DNA of 64,000 bases from positions 10,766,390 through 10,830,389 of the forward strand of contig CM082580.2 in assembly GCA_040954595.2 (NCBI GenBank). Reading direction: 5' to 3'. Positions 40,201 to 52,283 of this stretch are shown piece by piece. This DNA comes from Balanoglossus misakiensis. Lineage: Eukaryota > Animalia > Hemichordata. A model generated the notes under the pieces. It was not told the origin of the DNA, searched no databases, and worked only from the letters and a program-made list of their open reading frames with translations. Each line of letters opens with the position of its first letter. Position 1 is the first letter of the stretch. The position numbers and the translations under genes were made by a program.

Positions 40201-41225
40201 TGAATTCGTCTACCTACACCGACCATTTCACGCCTTCGTACAACACAGTCCCGGCTATGTCCATAGACACTCAGTTGCCGTCAGCGGCGCCCTACAACTC
40301 TCTGAACATTCCGCCCAGCCCGTCATTTCACTCCCAGGGAACATTTTGGGCTGAGAATCGCTTTTCACCGTCGGGTTACAACGACAGCTACGGTGCTTAC
40401 CACGCCAAACCCATGTCGATGGGCGGCAGTTACGGCATGAACCCCGGCTATGCAAAAAGGAACGCAGTGTTTCCGACGAGTCCTCTGTCCACGACAACCC
40501 ACAATCCACTGGAGGAGTCTATGACGAGGTCCGCCTTCCAAGCTGCCAGGTCCAATCACCACTTTTATACCAGGTCACATGACAATATTACAGGTGAGAT
40601 TTTGAAACTCTAGGTGTACATAACTTGATATCTATAGCTTGCAATTGCTCTCGATATTGTGCTTGTTAGCCCAGATGAGATGTACAGAGTATCAAAGTAT
40701 AATACGTAATATGCCTTAGTAGCTGAGGAAAACTGGCATAAAAGAACCACCAGATATGTACTGTATATAAGAAAGTGGTATTGCTGTCTAATGTACTCAT
40801 AGAACACATTTCGAAATTCCATCCGCCGAAATGATGAAGTTTATTATGGCGTGTATAATTTCACTTGTTCCATTCATGTGTTCAAATCCAATCCCTTAAT
40901 TTTAGGTGAAGAAACGCCGCTATATTTTCAACCTCCCCTGATGTACTGAAAGTTTGAAAACGGTTGCCGTCTATAGTTGTCTCCACTGAAAGAAAAACTC
41001 CCAATTTAAACACACACAGGTTCTGGAAGTCTGCACAGCAACGGCATGCACCACGTTGGAGGGTTTGGAACCAGTTTTGTCGACGTTGCTGCTGCGCACG
41101 CGCCTCAGAATCAGTTCGCCAGACAGGAGGGTCTTCTCCACCACCAGGATGATATGTTTTCTGGAAGCATGCGCAGTGCACTGCCGTCTGTGAGCAAGGC
41201 GTTCCTCCTGTCGCAGTACCGATGA
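22289..41225 (+). CDS. RFX6: DNA-binding protein RFX6 orthologue (RFX winged-helix DBD + B/C/dimerisation domains), ~859 aa, 18 coding exons
   Basis: Exons: 22289-22493, 28246-28357, 29354-29477, 33719-33780, 34162-34239, 35062-35089, 37195-37377, 37517-37630, 37784-37833, 38004-38104, 38251-38309, 38457-38601, 38727-38821, 39022-39139, 39304-39426, 39674-39775, 39919-40593, 41020-41225. All GT-AG and phase-consistent (2580 nt). [78 protein letters not shown], followed by RFX6-type [15 protein letters not shown] and [14 protein letters not shown]. First and last exons are less certain than the core. Confidence 0.93.
27825..27928. repeat. CT-rich low-complexity tract in RFX6 intron 1
   Basis: tctctctcccccctctctccctctcccttcctctcgccctcccttttcccctcctctctctctcc. 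Confidence 0.7.
33159..33187. promoter_or_regulatory. Two abutting RFX X-box-like sites in RFX6 intron 3
   Basis: GTTGCCGGGGGAAC immediately followed by GTCGCCTAGGGCAAC; the latter fits GTNRCC(N0-3)RGYAAC. Confidence 0.5.
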
Positions 41226-41640
41226 GGCCGCTAACATAGGCCCGTACGTCACTGGAAATGCTTCGAGGCAGCAGACCAGACTGAAAAGATTAGGGAAGAT
41301 CGCCAACCAAAACGCGTTGGTTGTAGCGCCCTGTTGAACAGTCGAAGCATGGTTGCTAAAACAAGCATCACCGCCCATTGTAATTGTATTGATTCATCGT
41401 ACGACAGATTCTGATCCTGACGGGAAAAAGTGTGTGTGTTTTTGTACGAGTCCGAACAATTTGTCCGAACTGAACTCTCCAGTTCTGGAGACAAGAACAT
41501 TGACTTTACCATAACAGCATTTATAGACTTTGAACTTGCACATTCCCTAGCTTCAAGGCAAAATATATATTGTCTCGCAGATGCAATTTACAGACGATTT
41601 TAGTAATTTTCCGTGTCTCATCAACTTGTGATGACAAAGC

Positions 41641-41646
41641 AATAAA
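41641..41646 (+). terminator. Candidate polyadenylation signal for RFX6
   Basis: AATAAA ~415 nt after the predicted stop; other sites further downstream are possible. Confidence 0.35.
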
Positions 41647-42601
41647 TCTTCCGACATTTTAAAGTAGTTTATACACATTTGGTGCCAAATTTGCTTTTAC
41701 TATATCATTCAGCAGTTTTATTCCATCGTTCGTTCTTTCATGGCAGCTGTTTCACTTGGATTATTTTCACTTCACTACGTAGACAACTAGTAGAGCAAGG
41801 TGACAATTTATTGTGCTAGAATAAGAGAATGTCGTTTTATTTGATATTAAGTATTTATTATCTTGGAAGGCTCAATTCAAATGCACTGTATAATATTGAG
41901 TTATTAAAGCATGGAACTCGGAATTTGGTAAATTTCCTAATTTACTACAAAGTGAGTCTCGTTGCAATATATCTTTATTAAGCGTGACATTTTACATAGT
42001 GCCTGGTTCTTCAAAAATATAACTTATTTGTACTCAAAATGTACGCAGTCACACATAATAGCTTTTGTGAAATCAAAAAATATATTGTCTGTGCTGAAAA
42101 ATACTTAACAAAGTCAACATTTAACTTTCCTTAAAATACGTTCTGGTTAAAGCTATTTACACGACTGATTAAAAATTAAACATGGTTGACTTATGTACAA
42201 CATGAGAGATTTCACAAACCCACGTGTAACCCCGATACTTTAAAACTTATATACTTTAGCGTCAGTACTCAGTACTGATTCATGGACAATGTTGTCTCCA
42301 AACATTTTCATAAGATGGCAATTTAAATCCTTGGTGATAACTCCCTGATCGGAAGCCAATGATAAATTGATCTGAAATAGACCATATATTCAGGGAGCGT
42401 GTATTTGAACGGTTTGTTGTGAAGTGCAATTACTGAGATATTCATTTAAACGTGAAAAGTAGGCATTGTTATTTTTGAAGATTTCTTGGTTTCATCTGGC
42501 GATTGACATAGGTCCTTTGTCTCGAGTTCGCGTTCCTGATGGCGCTGTTGTTATAATTGGCAGCGGACCAATAAGAGTGATATTCGCTCTAATGTGTACA
42601 T

Positions 42602-43827
42602 TCAGTCTTCTACAAGGTACCTGGTCAGTCCGTTCTGTCGTCCATACTTCTTGACCAGGGGCGGTAACACATGGCGATGGCAGGCTATAAATATCAACAC
42701 GCCTATGATGGGAAAGCAAAGCAGGCAACAGAACACCCAGCATGCTTTGCAAAAGTAGCCAGGTGTGCAAAAGTCCGGCCAATCATACTTGATTTCACCA
42801 CCTGGCTCGTTGACGGTGTACGTGCGCCGAAGCCGGCCGTCGCTGATGTTGTCGAACGGCATGAGTCTGTCGACGTCGCCGTCTTCGTCGAGTTCAATCT
42901 CCACCGGGTTGACGTAACCTTCCGCCGTCTTTCCATCCTCGGCGATGTCCAGCAGTCGCCCCCACCTGATGTCCATCGCTTCTGTGAGTTTGGTGTGAGG
43001 AATGGCGTTGTACACCGACACTGGAGTCACCACGGTGTCTGTCTTCAGTGTCCTTTTCTGCTTGAGCGGCCAGACGTCGAAGACCAGAATGCGGCAGCCT
43101 TTCGTTCTCCTGCTGCAGCCTTTGTCGACCACAACCAGGTTGCCTTCGGGCGTCACAGCCAGGCCCGGTGAGTCGGTGAAATTGTAAGGTCTCAGATCGA
43201 AAGAATGAAGTTGTTCAAACCCTGGGTTCAAAACCTCAAGGTGACTGGCAGTCGTCACGATGGTGTTATCGTAGCCATCGATGGCCAGGCCTTCAATTTG
43301 ATTACTGAAATTGTAACCGATGACGGGATTTCCGGAGGGGCTAAACATCTTGATGTTCGAAAACTCGGTCAGAACGAGGTTGCCGTCGCTCCGAACGGCG
43401 ATGTACCCCTCCAGGGGGGCGCGCAGCTGCAAGGCCCGTATGAAGTCGCCGTTCTCCGTGAAAGTCAAAACCTGACACATTGCCATGTACGTGTCCTGTC
43501 TCCCTTCTTCGACGCACTTTATGTAGACATTGCCTGCCCGACAGGTGACGCCGCGCACTATACAACCATCCAGGATGGACGCGGCAAACTTCGAGGCTCT
43601 CAACTCTCCGGGGCTGTCGGCTCTCAATATGAAGCAGCCGTATTTTCCCACAAGTATGATGTCATCGTTCGTGGTGATGGCTATGCTGAAGAAGTAGCAT
43701 CCCCCTTTGCGCACTGTTCCCGTTGCTATGATACGCTGCTCTCGTTGCCGGGCAATGACGACTGTCGTCTCCGCTGTCCAGTCAGTCCGGCAACACCAGA
43801 TGTCGCCCTTTCTGGATACTGAAACAC
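42602..43827 (-). CDS. NHL-like repeat (beta-propeller) exon with C-terminal Cys-rich transmembrane segment; probably exon 2 of the gene starting at 46359
   Basis: Open frame extends upstream of the listed ORF to the acceptor tctatttcag|GT GTT TCA at 43827. Repeated NHL-like blades: GVSVSRKGDIW, SIAITTNDDIILV, GVTCRAGNVYI, YIAVRSDGNLVLTE, GLAIDGYDNTIVT, PGLAVTPEGNLVVVD...RILVFD. Hydrophobic tail CWVFCCLLCFPIIGVLIFIAC. Confidence 0.85.
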
Positions 43828-43881
43828 CTGAAATAGAGCAAGCAGCACGTTGTCGATTTTCAGAACTTTAAATGCATATAT

Positions 43882-43910
43882 GTACGTACGTACGTACGTA
43901 CGTATGTACG
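43882..43910. repeat. (TACG)n self-complementary tetranucleotide repeat
   Basis: gtacgtacgtacgtacgtacgtatgtacg. Confidence 0.85.
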
Positions 43911-45791
43911 TTGATTGGTGGGTGGGTGCGAACGTCCAGGTGATAAATGTCAAGGGAGTAACCATTCTGGTGCCGACAATAGCATTGTTTCGTGAATGCG
44001 ACATGCCTTAGATCGAAAGTGACAATTAATCCTTGAAATAATCGCACAAGAACACAATGGTCACTGAACGTTCTTGTAAACTCCTCAGCCGACGTGACCT
44101 TGGCAAATGAGACAAAATTGGTCCAGTTAACTTGAATAGGGAGGTTTAATCCTTGCATCGTTTGACCTTGGTAGGAGTTGGGCCAAAGCTTTATTTGGTA
44201 AGCAATTGATAGTAAATAATTGCCTATTGTATCGATGTTTAACAGTTAGGCTAACAACACAATGTAAGTTGGACGCCAGTTTGCAGTTTCATTGTGTCTC
44301 CAAGGCCGGCCATACACACCGGTTATCAATGAACTGACACAATCAACGACCGGTCATGTTTTATCATGGCAGTAGAATAATATATATGGTTCTAGTTTCT
44401 TTTGAATAAGGCCTATTTATTCAAATCATCTTCAACAGCATCAGAGTGAGATATTAATTAAGAACGGCTGAGTACTACATTATTTTGCCTCTCGAATATT
44501 GACAACATATTTAAATACTTCGACGGAAGGATTAAGCTGCCGGTGTTGACGAGTTATGATGTGGCGTACGACAGCAATTATTTTCTGTTTATGATTATCT
44601 ATGTCGTGTTCTTGGCAGACTACCAAACTTGCCTTCAGAAAAGTTACCCACGTCCATTCGTAAGCGTAAAATGTTATGTTCCTTTTGTGGTCTCCGTTTA
44701 TTGGTGTGGTTACTGACCATCTCCACTGCACTATGCATAACGAGGGGATTTCAACTGCATTGATCATTTTCCGGAAATTTAGCAAATTTGTTTCTACACT
44801 GTCATGTTTGCTGGTTTCAATAATGTACATGCCGCATCGAGTTTTAATTACGCTTCTCAACATATGTTGGTTTTGTGAATGACGTGACGTTCTGTCACAT
44901 GCACACCATTGACGTGTTACTGTCCTAGGACAATGTACAAGCTTTAAGTGTTAGCTGTTATGACTTCTCAATGAACACAGTACAATTGACATCTTTGATT
45001 TATTGCCTGTATTCTTCCTCGATTCATATTGTGTTCTTGAATCAATTGTATTAACCCCTCTTCACCAACCATCAAGTGTGTCCATGACCCCGCCAAATAA
45101 GTACATTGGATCTGAAACTCGTGGTATATTCACCCCGGATTGTTAACTTTACTGTTATCGATCATTTTACAGATAGTTGGGGACCAAACACCAAATTGAG
45201 ATGTTACAGCATTATTTTACTGAAATGTTGTGTGCACAATCGGCCAAATCATGCATGGCGATCGTGTCATATATTTCATTTGACAATTAAGTAAGGGTCG
45301 AGTCGAATGATTGACGTTTAATTATCGTCTGATCTTGGAGACGCTGAAAGTCGGTAACCAGTCAGATCGCTATCGCATATAAGATGCATGCTGCAATCAT
45401 ATTCAAACCGAAATATATACACTATGTAGATACCTGGTCTACGTAGGGTACCCCCCCCCCCCGAAGAATTTAGAAGCTTAATCTGTAACCATAAAGGCAG
45501 TAGTGATCTAGAGGTCATATTTTAGTCTGCGGCAGAAGGTTTTATATGTCTTGTTAAACCACAATAATGTTTTGTTGTAATGTGATTTATGGTCATCCTC
45601 GGAAACATAAGGTTATCAATAATTTCCCTTCCTCTGCTGCCTTTCAAGTGTGCGTCGCTGCTTTCCTGTACCTCTCTCCCTCACTTCCCCTCCCATCATC
45701 CCCTCCCTCTCTCCCCTGACATAAAGATAGGCGATACGACCACACATATATTTAATAAGACTGTGGAAAAGTTGGAGAAACTTCTTTTTAC

Positions 45792-46359
45792 CTGATATGG
45801 TATACGGCGAAAGTGTCTCACAGTAAATGTCAAGATAACCATTACTGTTGTTCGACTTGTTATCGTCGTCCTGAAATCGTCGAGGAAAACAGCAACCGGT
45901 CACGAACTGTTCACTGTTTATCCACGTCCTCTCTTGAACCTCTCGATTGACCTCAGTGACGGCTGCTTTCACGACGTTCGTCCGTCTCGGCGTGAACGGG
46001 CCGCCGCGTCCCTTGTCCATGCGGTGGTAACAGCCCTTCTGTCCGCGGCATACGGTTTCCAGGCGGGCCTTTCTGACCTCGCCGTCGACGGCATACGCGA
46101 CATTTCCCTTGCCGAGGTACACAAACCAAGTGGTGGTGTGATTTTGCTCACGGTGACACTCGATTTCGATCAGGTCGCCGGGCTTGCAACGTTTCGCAAG
46201 CTGCTCCGTCGTAAGCCGCCGGCTTCTGGTAGTTACATCGTGAATACCGATCCCTTCTACGTACTTGATATTGTTAATCGCCGGCTCCCAGTCCGGAGAT
46301 AAATGCAGCGGACTGATCGCCTCGCCGTTCGGAATCAATTTATCCTTGTCCAAATTCAT
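45792..46359 (-). CDS. FAM84/LRATD-like LRAT (permuted NlpC/P60) domain exon; probably exon 1 of an LRAT-NHL-TM gene
   Basis: First in-frame ATG at 46359 (in-frame TAG ~90 nt upstream). Motifs TTEQLAKRCKPGDLIEI, WFVYLGKG, NVVKAA and WINSEQFV parallel FAM84 TPENLLNKCKPGDLVEF / HWAVYVG / WRNSESFA. Donor TCA G|gtaaaa after 45792 (phase 1). Confidence 0.82.
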
Positions 46360-47387
46360 GACTTCCACACTCAGCGTCAGATACAACAGACAAGAACTCC
46401 AAACATATCGCGCGGATCTTAATAGAAAGAAGACACTGCGGAGTGTCCACTATACAAACTCATCACAGCCTTTCATGTGTACGAGCACACGCAGATGGAC
46501 AATGTCCTCCAACAATAGCACGGCTTCAAACGGGGTCACGGAGGAACAGGATTGTCCCCAGTACAAGAACAAAGTACTTTATAGACATACTTGAGAACGG
46601 ATCCGAGTGGCCACTGAAGGCACTCTGACGATAGCGGTGGGCGTACAATGCTTAAACAAATTCTTCAGTCAAGACAACCGGCGCATCAATATGCACTGAG
46701 GCAACCTTCTGTCATATCAGATAAAGCTTTCGAGGACAGTTATGAATAATGCGAGCAGTTCATCTGACCCTTTAAGAAGGGATTTTAAAGCAGAAGAAAG
46801 CGGTGACGACATTTTATTACTGATAATTTTATCAGTAGATATAGTAGGTGCGCGATGTACCAATTAAAGTGTAACTTTACAATTCTTTCGGGACCACCAT
46901 CTAGCTACTTACTACACCCAACTCACGCGGCCGCGCACGGAGACATATGGCTACGTTTTTATCGTGTGGTAGTCTGGTTACAGAGACTGAATAGCTTGTT
47001 CAAAGCACGGTCACTCAACACTATTTTTCACCACAATTTTTTAAACATAATTTTGCGTTTCGAATTTTTGTTTCCGACAACTTGTAGGTGTTCTTACCTA
47101 TTTGTGGACTCGGAGTGACCGTGTTAAAAGTTTGAAAAAAGTTTTCTTTTCGGGTGTTATAAAAGATGATGTTCATTTTCGGATCAATTGAAATTCCGGT
47201 GTGGGACTTAAGGTTCTATCACTACACACATTTCTAACCGCGGATTGCGAATAAATTGAATGGTTAGACTGTCAAAGTTTGATAATTATCCATATCAAGT
47301 TGTCGTAAGACCCCATTTTATAACAAATTAGGAAGCAATTCCGAATCGTAGGCAAGGACAACTTGTTGCAGAGTTACATTGAAATAC

Positions 47388-47549
47388 CCCGGATGTCAAC
47401 CCGGAAGTGTGATTTCGGTTCTTCAATAACATGAGCCTGGCTATTGAAAGTAGCTGATTATAACGTGGCACCAGTGCGTGTATGTGGTGTGTTTGGCCAC
47501 GTCGGCATATCTCTCGACTCCACCGGGCACTCACCTGACGCTTACACAG
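47388..47549 (+). promoter_or_regulatory. Putative promoter / non-coding first exon of the MCFD2-like gene
   Basis: ETS motifs ccggatgt (47389) and ccggaagtg (47401), ACGT-core boxes taacgtggca (47461) and ggccacgtcg (47495), donor acag|gtaata after 47549, acceptor ttcag| at 48298 ahead of the ATG. Confidence 0.45.
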
Positions 47550-48321
47550 GTAATAAGTTTAATGCATTTGCACTGTCCTGAAATATTTCCACAACAGTCT
47601 TTATAACGTGTGGTTCACTGATGTAAATGTATGTATCTAAATGTTATGTGGGTGGTGCTGCTTGCTGCCCAGACGATGTTGTTCGCACAATTCACTACGA
47701 ACAGCACACCTCCAACCGAGCAGCACCGTCCGCTACTATCATTGAAGCTAAGTCTTCACAAGAGCCTGTTTTGTGGTCAAATACAATAGTGTTCCCGTAA
47801 ATCTTAGGTTAGGTACATACGTTGAACTAACTTCTCTCACTCATTTCCCATGTGTGTGAGCTTGCTCCATGCATTACCTGCTTCCCTTCTACCAGGTCCA
47901 TAGACGAAAGCTAATTAATTGATAGACAAAGTTACCGGATGTCATCTTCTTGAAGGACACCTGATATTTTTGTTTGTCAATTGAGATTGTGATGTTGATC
48001 TTCAAATATTTATAATATCTGCATTAATAAGCCCATATCTCTCAATGATTTTCTCTTTTGTGTGTGAAAAGTGTACATTTCATTTGTGAATTCAGTCAAA
48101 TATGGCAACATATTCAGCATCTGGTCAAGTTATTTTTAGTGCCTACGAATGAAGTCCTGAAGACTACAATGGATTCAATTACACTCCAAACATCTGTCCT
48201 GCTATCTATGCCTGAACATGCCTGGACTGCTGGGTCATAGCAATATGTGTTCCTTGTTTCAATACATCTGTAGCAGTTTTAGTTCTACTTTGATTCAGAC
48301 TCGGATAAGAGGAGGAAAAAA

Positions 48322-49919
48322 ATGGCCAACTTGAAAAATCATTTGTGTGGACTTCTCCTGCTCCTGTGTCATCTTCATTACATGGAAACCAAGGTTATGG
48401 ACCAGGACCATGATGTTGAGTAAGTCTCTTACCACTCGGACATATGGCATTGGAAGAAAACCCTCTCCAGATATACAAGTTCCCTCTTCCTCTTATTTCC
48501 TAATCAAGAAGTTGAACCCTTGGTACTGTCTAGACTGATAAGACGAGCAAATGTTTACTTTTCATTCCTAATCAGGCAGTGGCATTATGGTAATTCCATC
48601 AAGGTGGATGACCAGTCAATCTCCATTTATAATCTCCGTCAGAGGACAAACTTTAGTTGGATGTCCAGTATGTCTCTTTGGCTAAAATGATAAGATGGTT
48701 TTAATTGTGGTATTTATTTATTCCTCCACCAGACACCTCAGTCTCCATCTCGGGGACAGACTTGATTTTGACGAAGAGGGTGCCAGACACATATACGAAC
48801 ACATGAGTCAGATGATCGATCTCCCAGAAAATGTTAAACAGGGAGAGTTCACTGATGAAGAAGGTTAAAGTGTTTAGCAATTCTCCAAATATGGCATCTC
48901 TTTCAAAGCAAATATATGTTGTCCAAGAAACACAATTTTTCGGATAAATGAGAGTGTAGAAGATGTGCAAATTGTAGAAAAATGTATTTACCAAGTATGG
49001 CAAAAGGAGCGTATGTGTTTATGGAGAATGTTGGTCATTTGACTTAATCAATTTGCTGTTGTTCTTTATTCACCTAGGCCGGTTTTATTTTTTTGTGAGC
49101 CACGACTTCGATGGCAATAACAAACTGGATGGACTGGAGTGCTTTGCATTGTTGACGGATTTTTATGACACCAAAGACCCAAAGGCTGCCAACCAACTTG
49201 CTGGCAAGATGTCCGCCCGAGAAGTTGAAACGCTAGTGGACGATCTCCTGGTGAAACACGATGCCAATCGAGACGGGTATCTGGATTTCGCCGAGCTCAA
49301 TGGCGGAAATGTGGTTTCTATCTGGACACGGATGACTGACATTATCGATGACGTGGAGCAAAGAATGGGGCAAGGTGATAGCCCATCTGCACCGAAGGCT
49401 CAACCCCCGTCACAAAGTGGTCAGGCCCACCACCAACCCGCGCCACCAGTGCAACAGCAACAGGCTGTTCACCATCAACAGCAACCGGTGCCACAACAGG
49501 CAACACTGCAGCAACAGCAGCAGCAACAGAGACAAATGCAACAGCAGGTGCCCCAACAAAACATACAGCAGCAACAGGTTCATCAACAACAACAAAACAT
49601 ACAGCAGCAACAGGTTCATCAACAACAACAGCAACAGCAAGGCCAACATCAGGGACAGCACACACAACCGCAGCAAGTCCAACAGCAGACCCAACAGCAG
49701 CACCACACTCAGCAGCAGGCAACTCAGCATCAACAACTCAATCCAAACATCCAACAACAACACCAGCAACAGGTGCTGCAGCAGCAACAGCAAATAAAAC
49801 AGCAAATTCATCAACAACAGCAACAAGCAAACCAACAATTTCAACAGCAACAACAACTTCACCATCAACAGCAACAGATTCACCATCAACAAATGCAGCA
49901 GCCACTCCCTACCCCATAA
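48322..49919 (+). CDS. MCFD2-like secretory-pathway EF-hand protein with long Gln/His-rich C-terminal extension (~356 aa)
   Basis: Exons 48322-48419 (signal-like MANLKNHLCGLLLLLCHLHYMET), 48733-48863 (RHIYEHMSQMIDLP..FTDEEG), 49078-49919 (FYFFVSHDFDGNNKLDGLE ... ETLVDDLLVKHDANRDGYLDFAEL); 1071 nt in frame. The two EF hands resemble MCFD2 HYFKMHDYDGNNLLDGLE / DKNNDGYIDYAEF. The long tail makes MCFD2 vs CGREF1-like orthology uncertain. Confidence 0.85.
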
Positions 49920-50411
49920 TTCTTTTGACCAAAATCCTGAGTACAAATGAGGTGAAGGGTCAATATATTGGGGTCAGTGCAGTGGTGATGGAGTAATCCA
50001 TTAAAGTATGGTATTAATTTATAATTACCTTGCTATTCCATAAACTCAGGCAAGTGAATTTGTTCAGGTCGAGGACACATTAAGAGCTTGTCCATGATGA
50101 TGGTCTACACGGGGAAAGTACAACTTAGAAAGTGGTCCATTTTATGTTATGACCAATAAGGTCAATATACTAGTCACAAGATAGTATAGAATCTTCTCTA
50201 TTTTAGAATGAAAGATTAAGATTTTTTTTACTGAGAATGCTTCTACTGTACTGAAGCTTTTTTTTCTTCTGAGCCTTTATTTTCTTTAGCCAATAAAATG
50301 GAACACTTTAAGTTATATGTGTAGTGAACAGTAGTAGCCGGGGAAAGTGTCACTCGAGGGCGCTGTAAGATGGGGAGAGCCCTCGAATGACAGATTTTCC
50401 TGTACAAGTGT

Positions 50412-50459
50412 ACAGCAGTGCAGTGTGGTGGAAAAACAGCAGTGCAGTGTGGTGGAAAA
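50412..50459. repeat. 24-bp perfect tandem duplication
   Basis: acagcagtgcagtgtggtggaaaa x2. Confidence 0.9.
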
Positions 50460-50754
50460 GCTGGTGTGATAAATTCATCAAATACATTCAGATATACATC
50501 AGTCATAGTCCCATTCTCCATCATTTGGTGACAAACGGAGGTTGCCACTGCTTGGATCTGCAATCTGATGTTCAAATGTAGTAGAGGTTGCCCAGTGGCA
50601 GTGCTGCTGCACTGATTGGAAAGTGTTGAAATATTGTATCGAACCCTACAGTGGGAGGGATGGTAATGGCATAATTATAGAGAATAGTTTTGAAGAAATC
50701 TCATGGAAGAAAATACAGACAGACCAGTCATTTCCTGCAAGTGTGATCGAAGTT

Positions 50755-50760
50755 TTTATT
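50755..50760 (-). terminator. Polyadenylation signal of RPL32
   Basis: AATAAA on the minus strand ~40 nt after the stop codon. Confidence 0.7.
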
Positions 50761-50797
50761 TTTCCACAAATCTTACAGATGAAAGTACGACAAACAT

Positions 50798-51657
<860 letters not shown>

Positions 51658-52245
51658 CTTGTTGGTTGATCTTGGGACACCCTACTGATGAAATGTAACA
51701 ATGTTTGTGGTTTATTAATATTTAATGTATTTGCATATGATCCACATCTTGGCATTTTAACAAGACTTGCTTCAGATGAGACTGAAAGATCATCCGAAAG
51801 TACACCTACTGTCCCTTTAATGGTGATCTCATGCGTACAACGACGTACTTGTTATTTTCATGATTGACATCAACAATGTATGGTGGCTACTACTACACTA
51901 CTAAAACAGAGCAAACTAGGGTACATGATGCGATTGTGCAAACTAGGAAATGGTCGTCTCTGGCCGTAAGTATACTAAACTCCACGACTGAATGAAATCG
52001 ACACTGGAAAACCCGTACGCATGCAGTAAACACAACAAAACTGGTTGGGGAGTTATGGACATGGTGGATACTACGGCATGTGGGTCCCAAAACAGTACAG
52101 TTTTATTCTAAATGAGGGAATGAAAATACCCAATATCCCTGTCATACATCAAGTGAATATAACACTTTCGATTTATGGTCGGATGACAAGACAGTGGCCA
52201 GGGATGGGTGAGATTTAACCGGATCGTTTGAGGATCGTATCTCAC

Positions 52246-52283
52246 CTCAATGCAGACCTCAATCCCAAGATGGCGGAAGAGGA
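52246..52283 (-). promoter_or_regulatory. RPL32 non-coding first exon with 5'TOP/TCT-like pyrimidine start and YY1 site
   Basis: Minus strand tcctcttccGCCATCTTgggattgaggtctgcattgag|gtgaga: pyrimidine tract, CCGCCATCTT YY1 motif, strong donor. Confidence 0.7.

Noticed and set aside
43722-43757. X-box-like GTTGCTATGATAC / GTTGCCGGGCAAT as NHL gene promoter
   Set aside because: They fall inside the coding exon once the frame is extended to the 43827 acceptor
42671-43822. Plus-strand ORFs of 166 and 205 aa
   Set aside because: Antisense shadows of the GC-rich NHL exon
49342-49946. Poly-Leu, Val/Ala and Asn/Ser ORFs (178, 126, 149 aa)
   Set aside because: Alternative-frame and antisense translations of the CAA/CAG-rich tail
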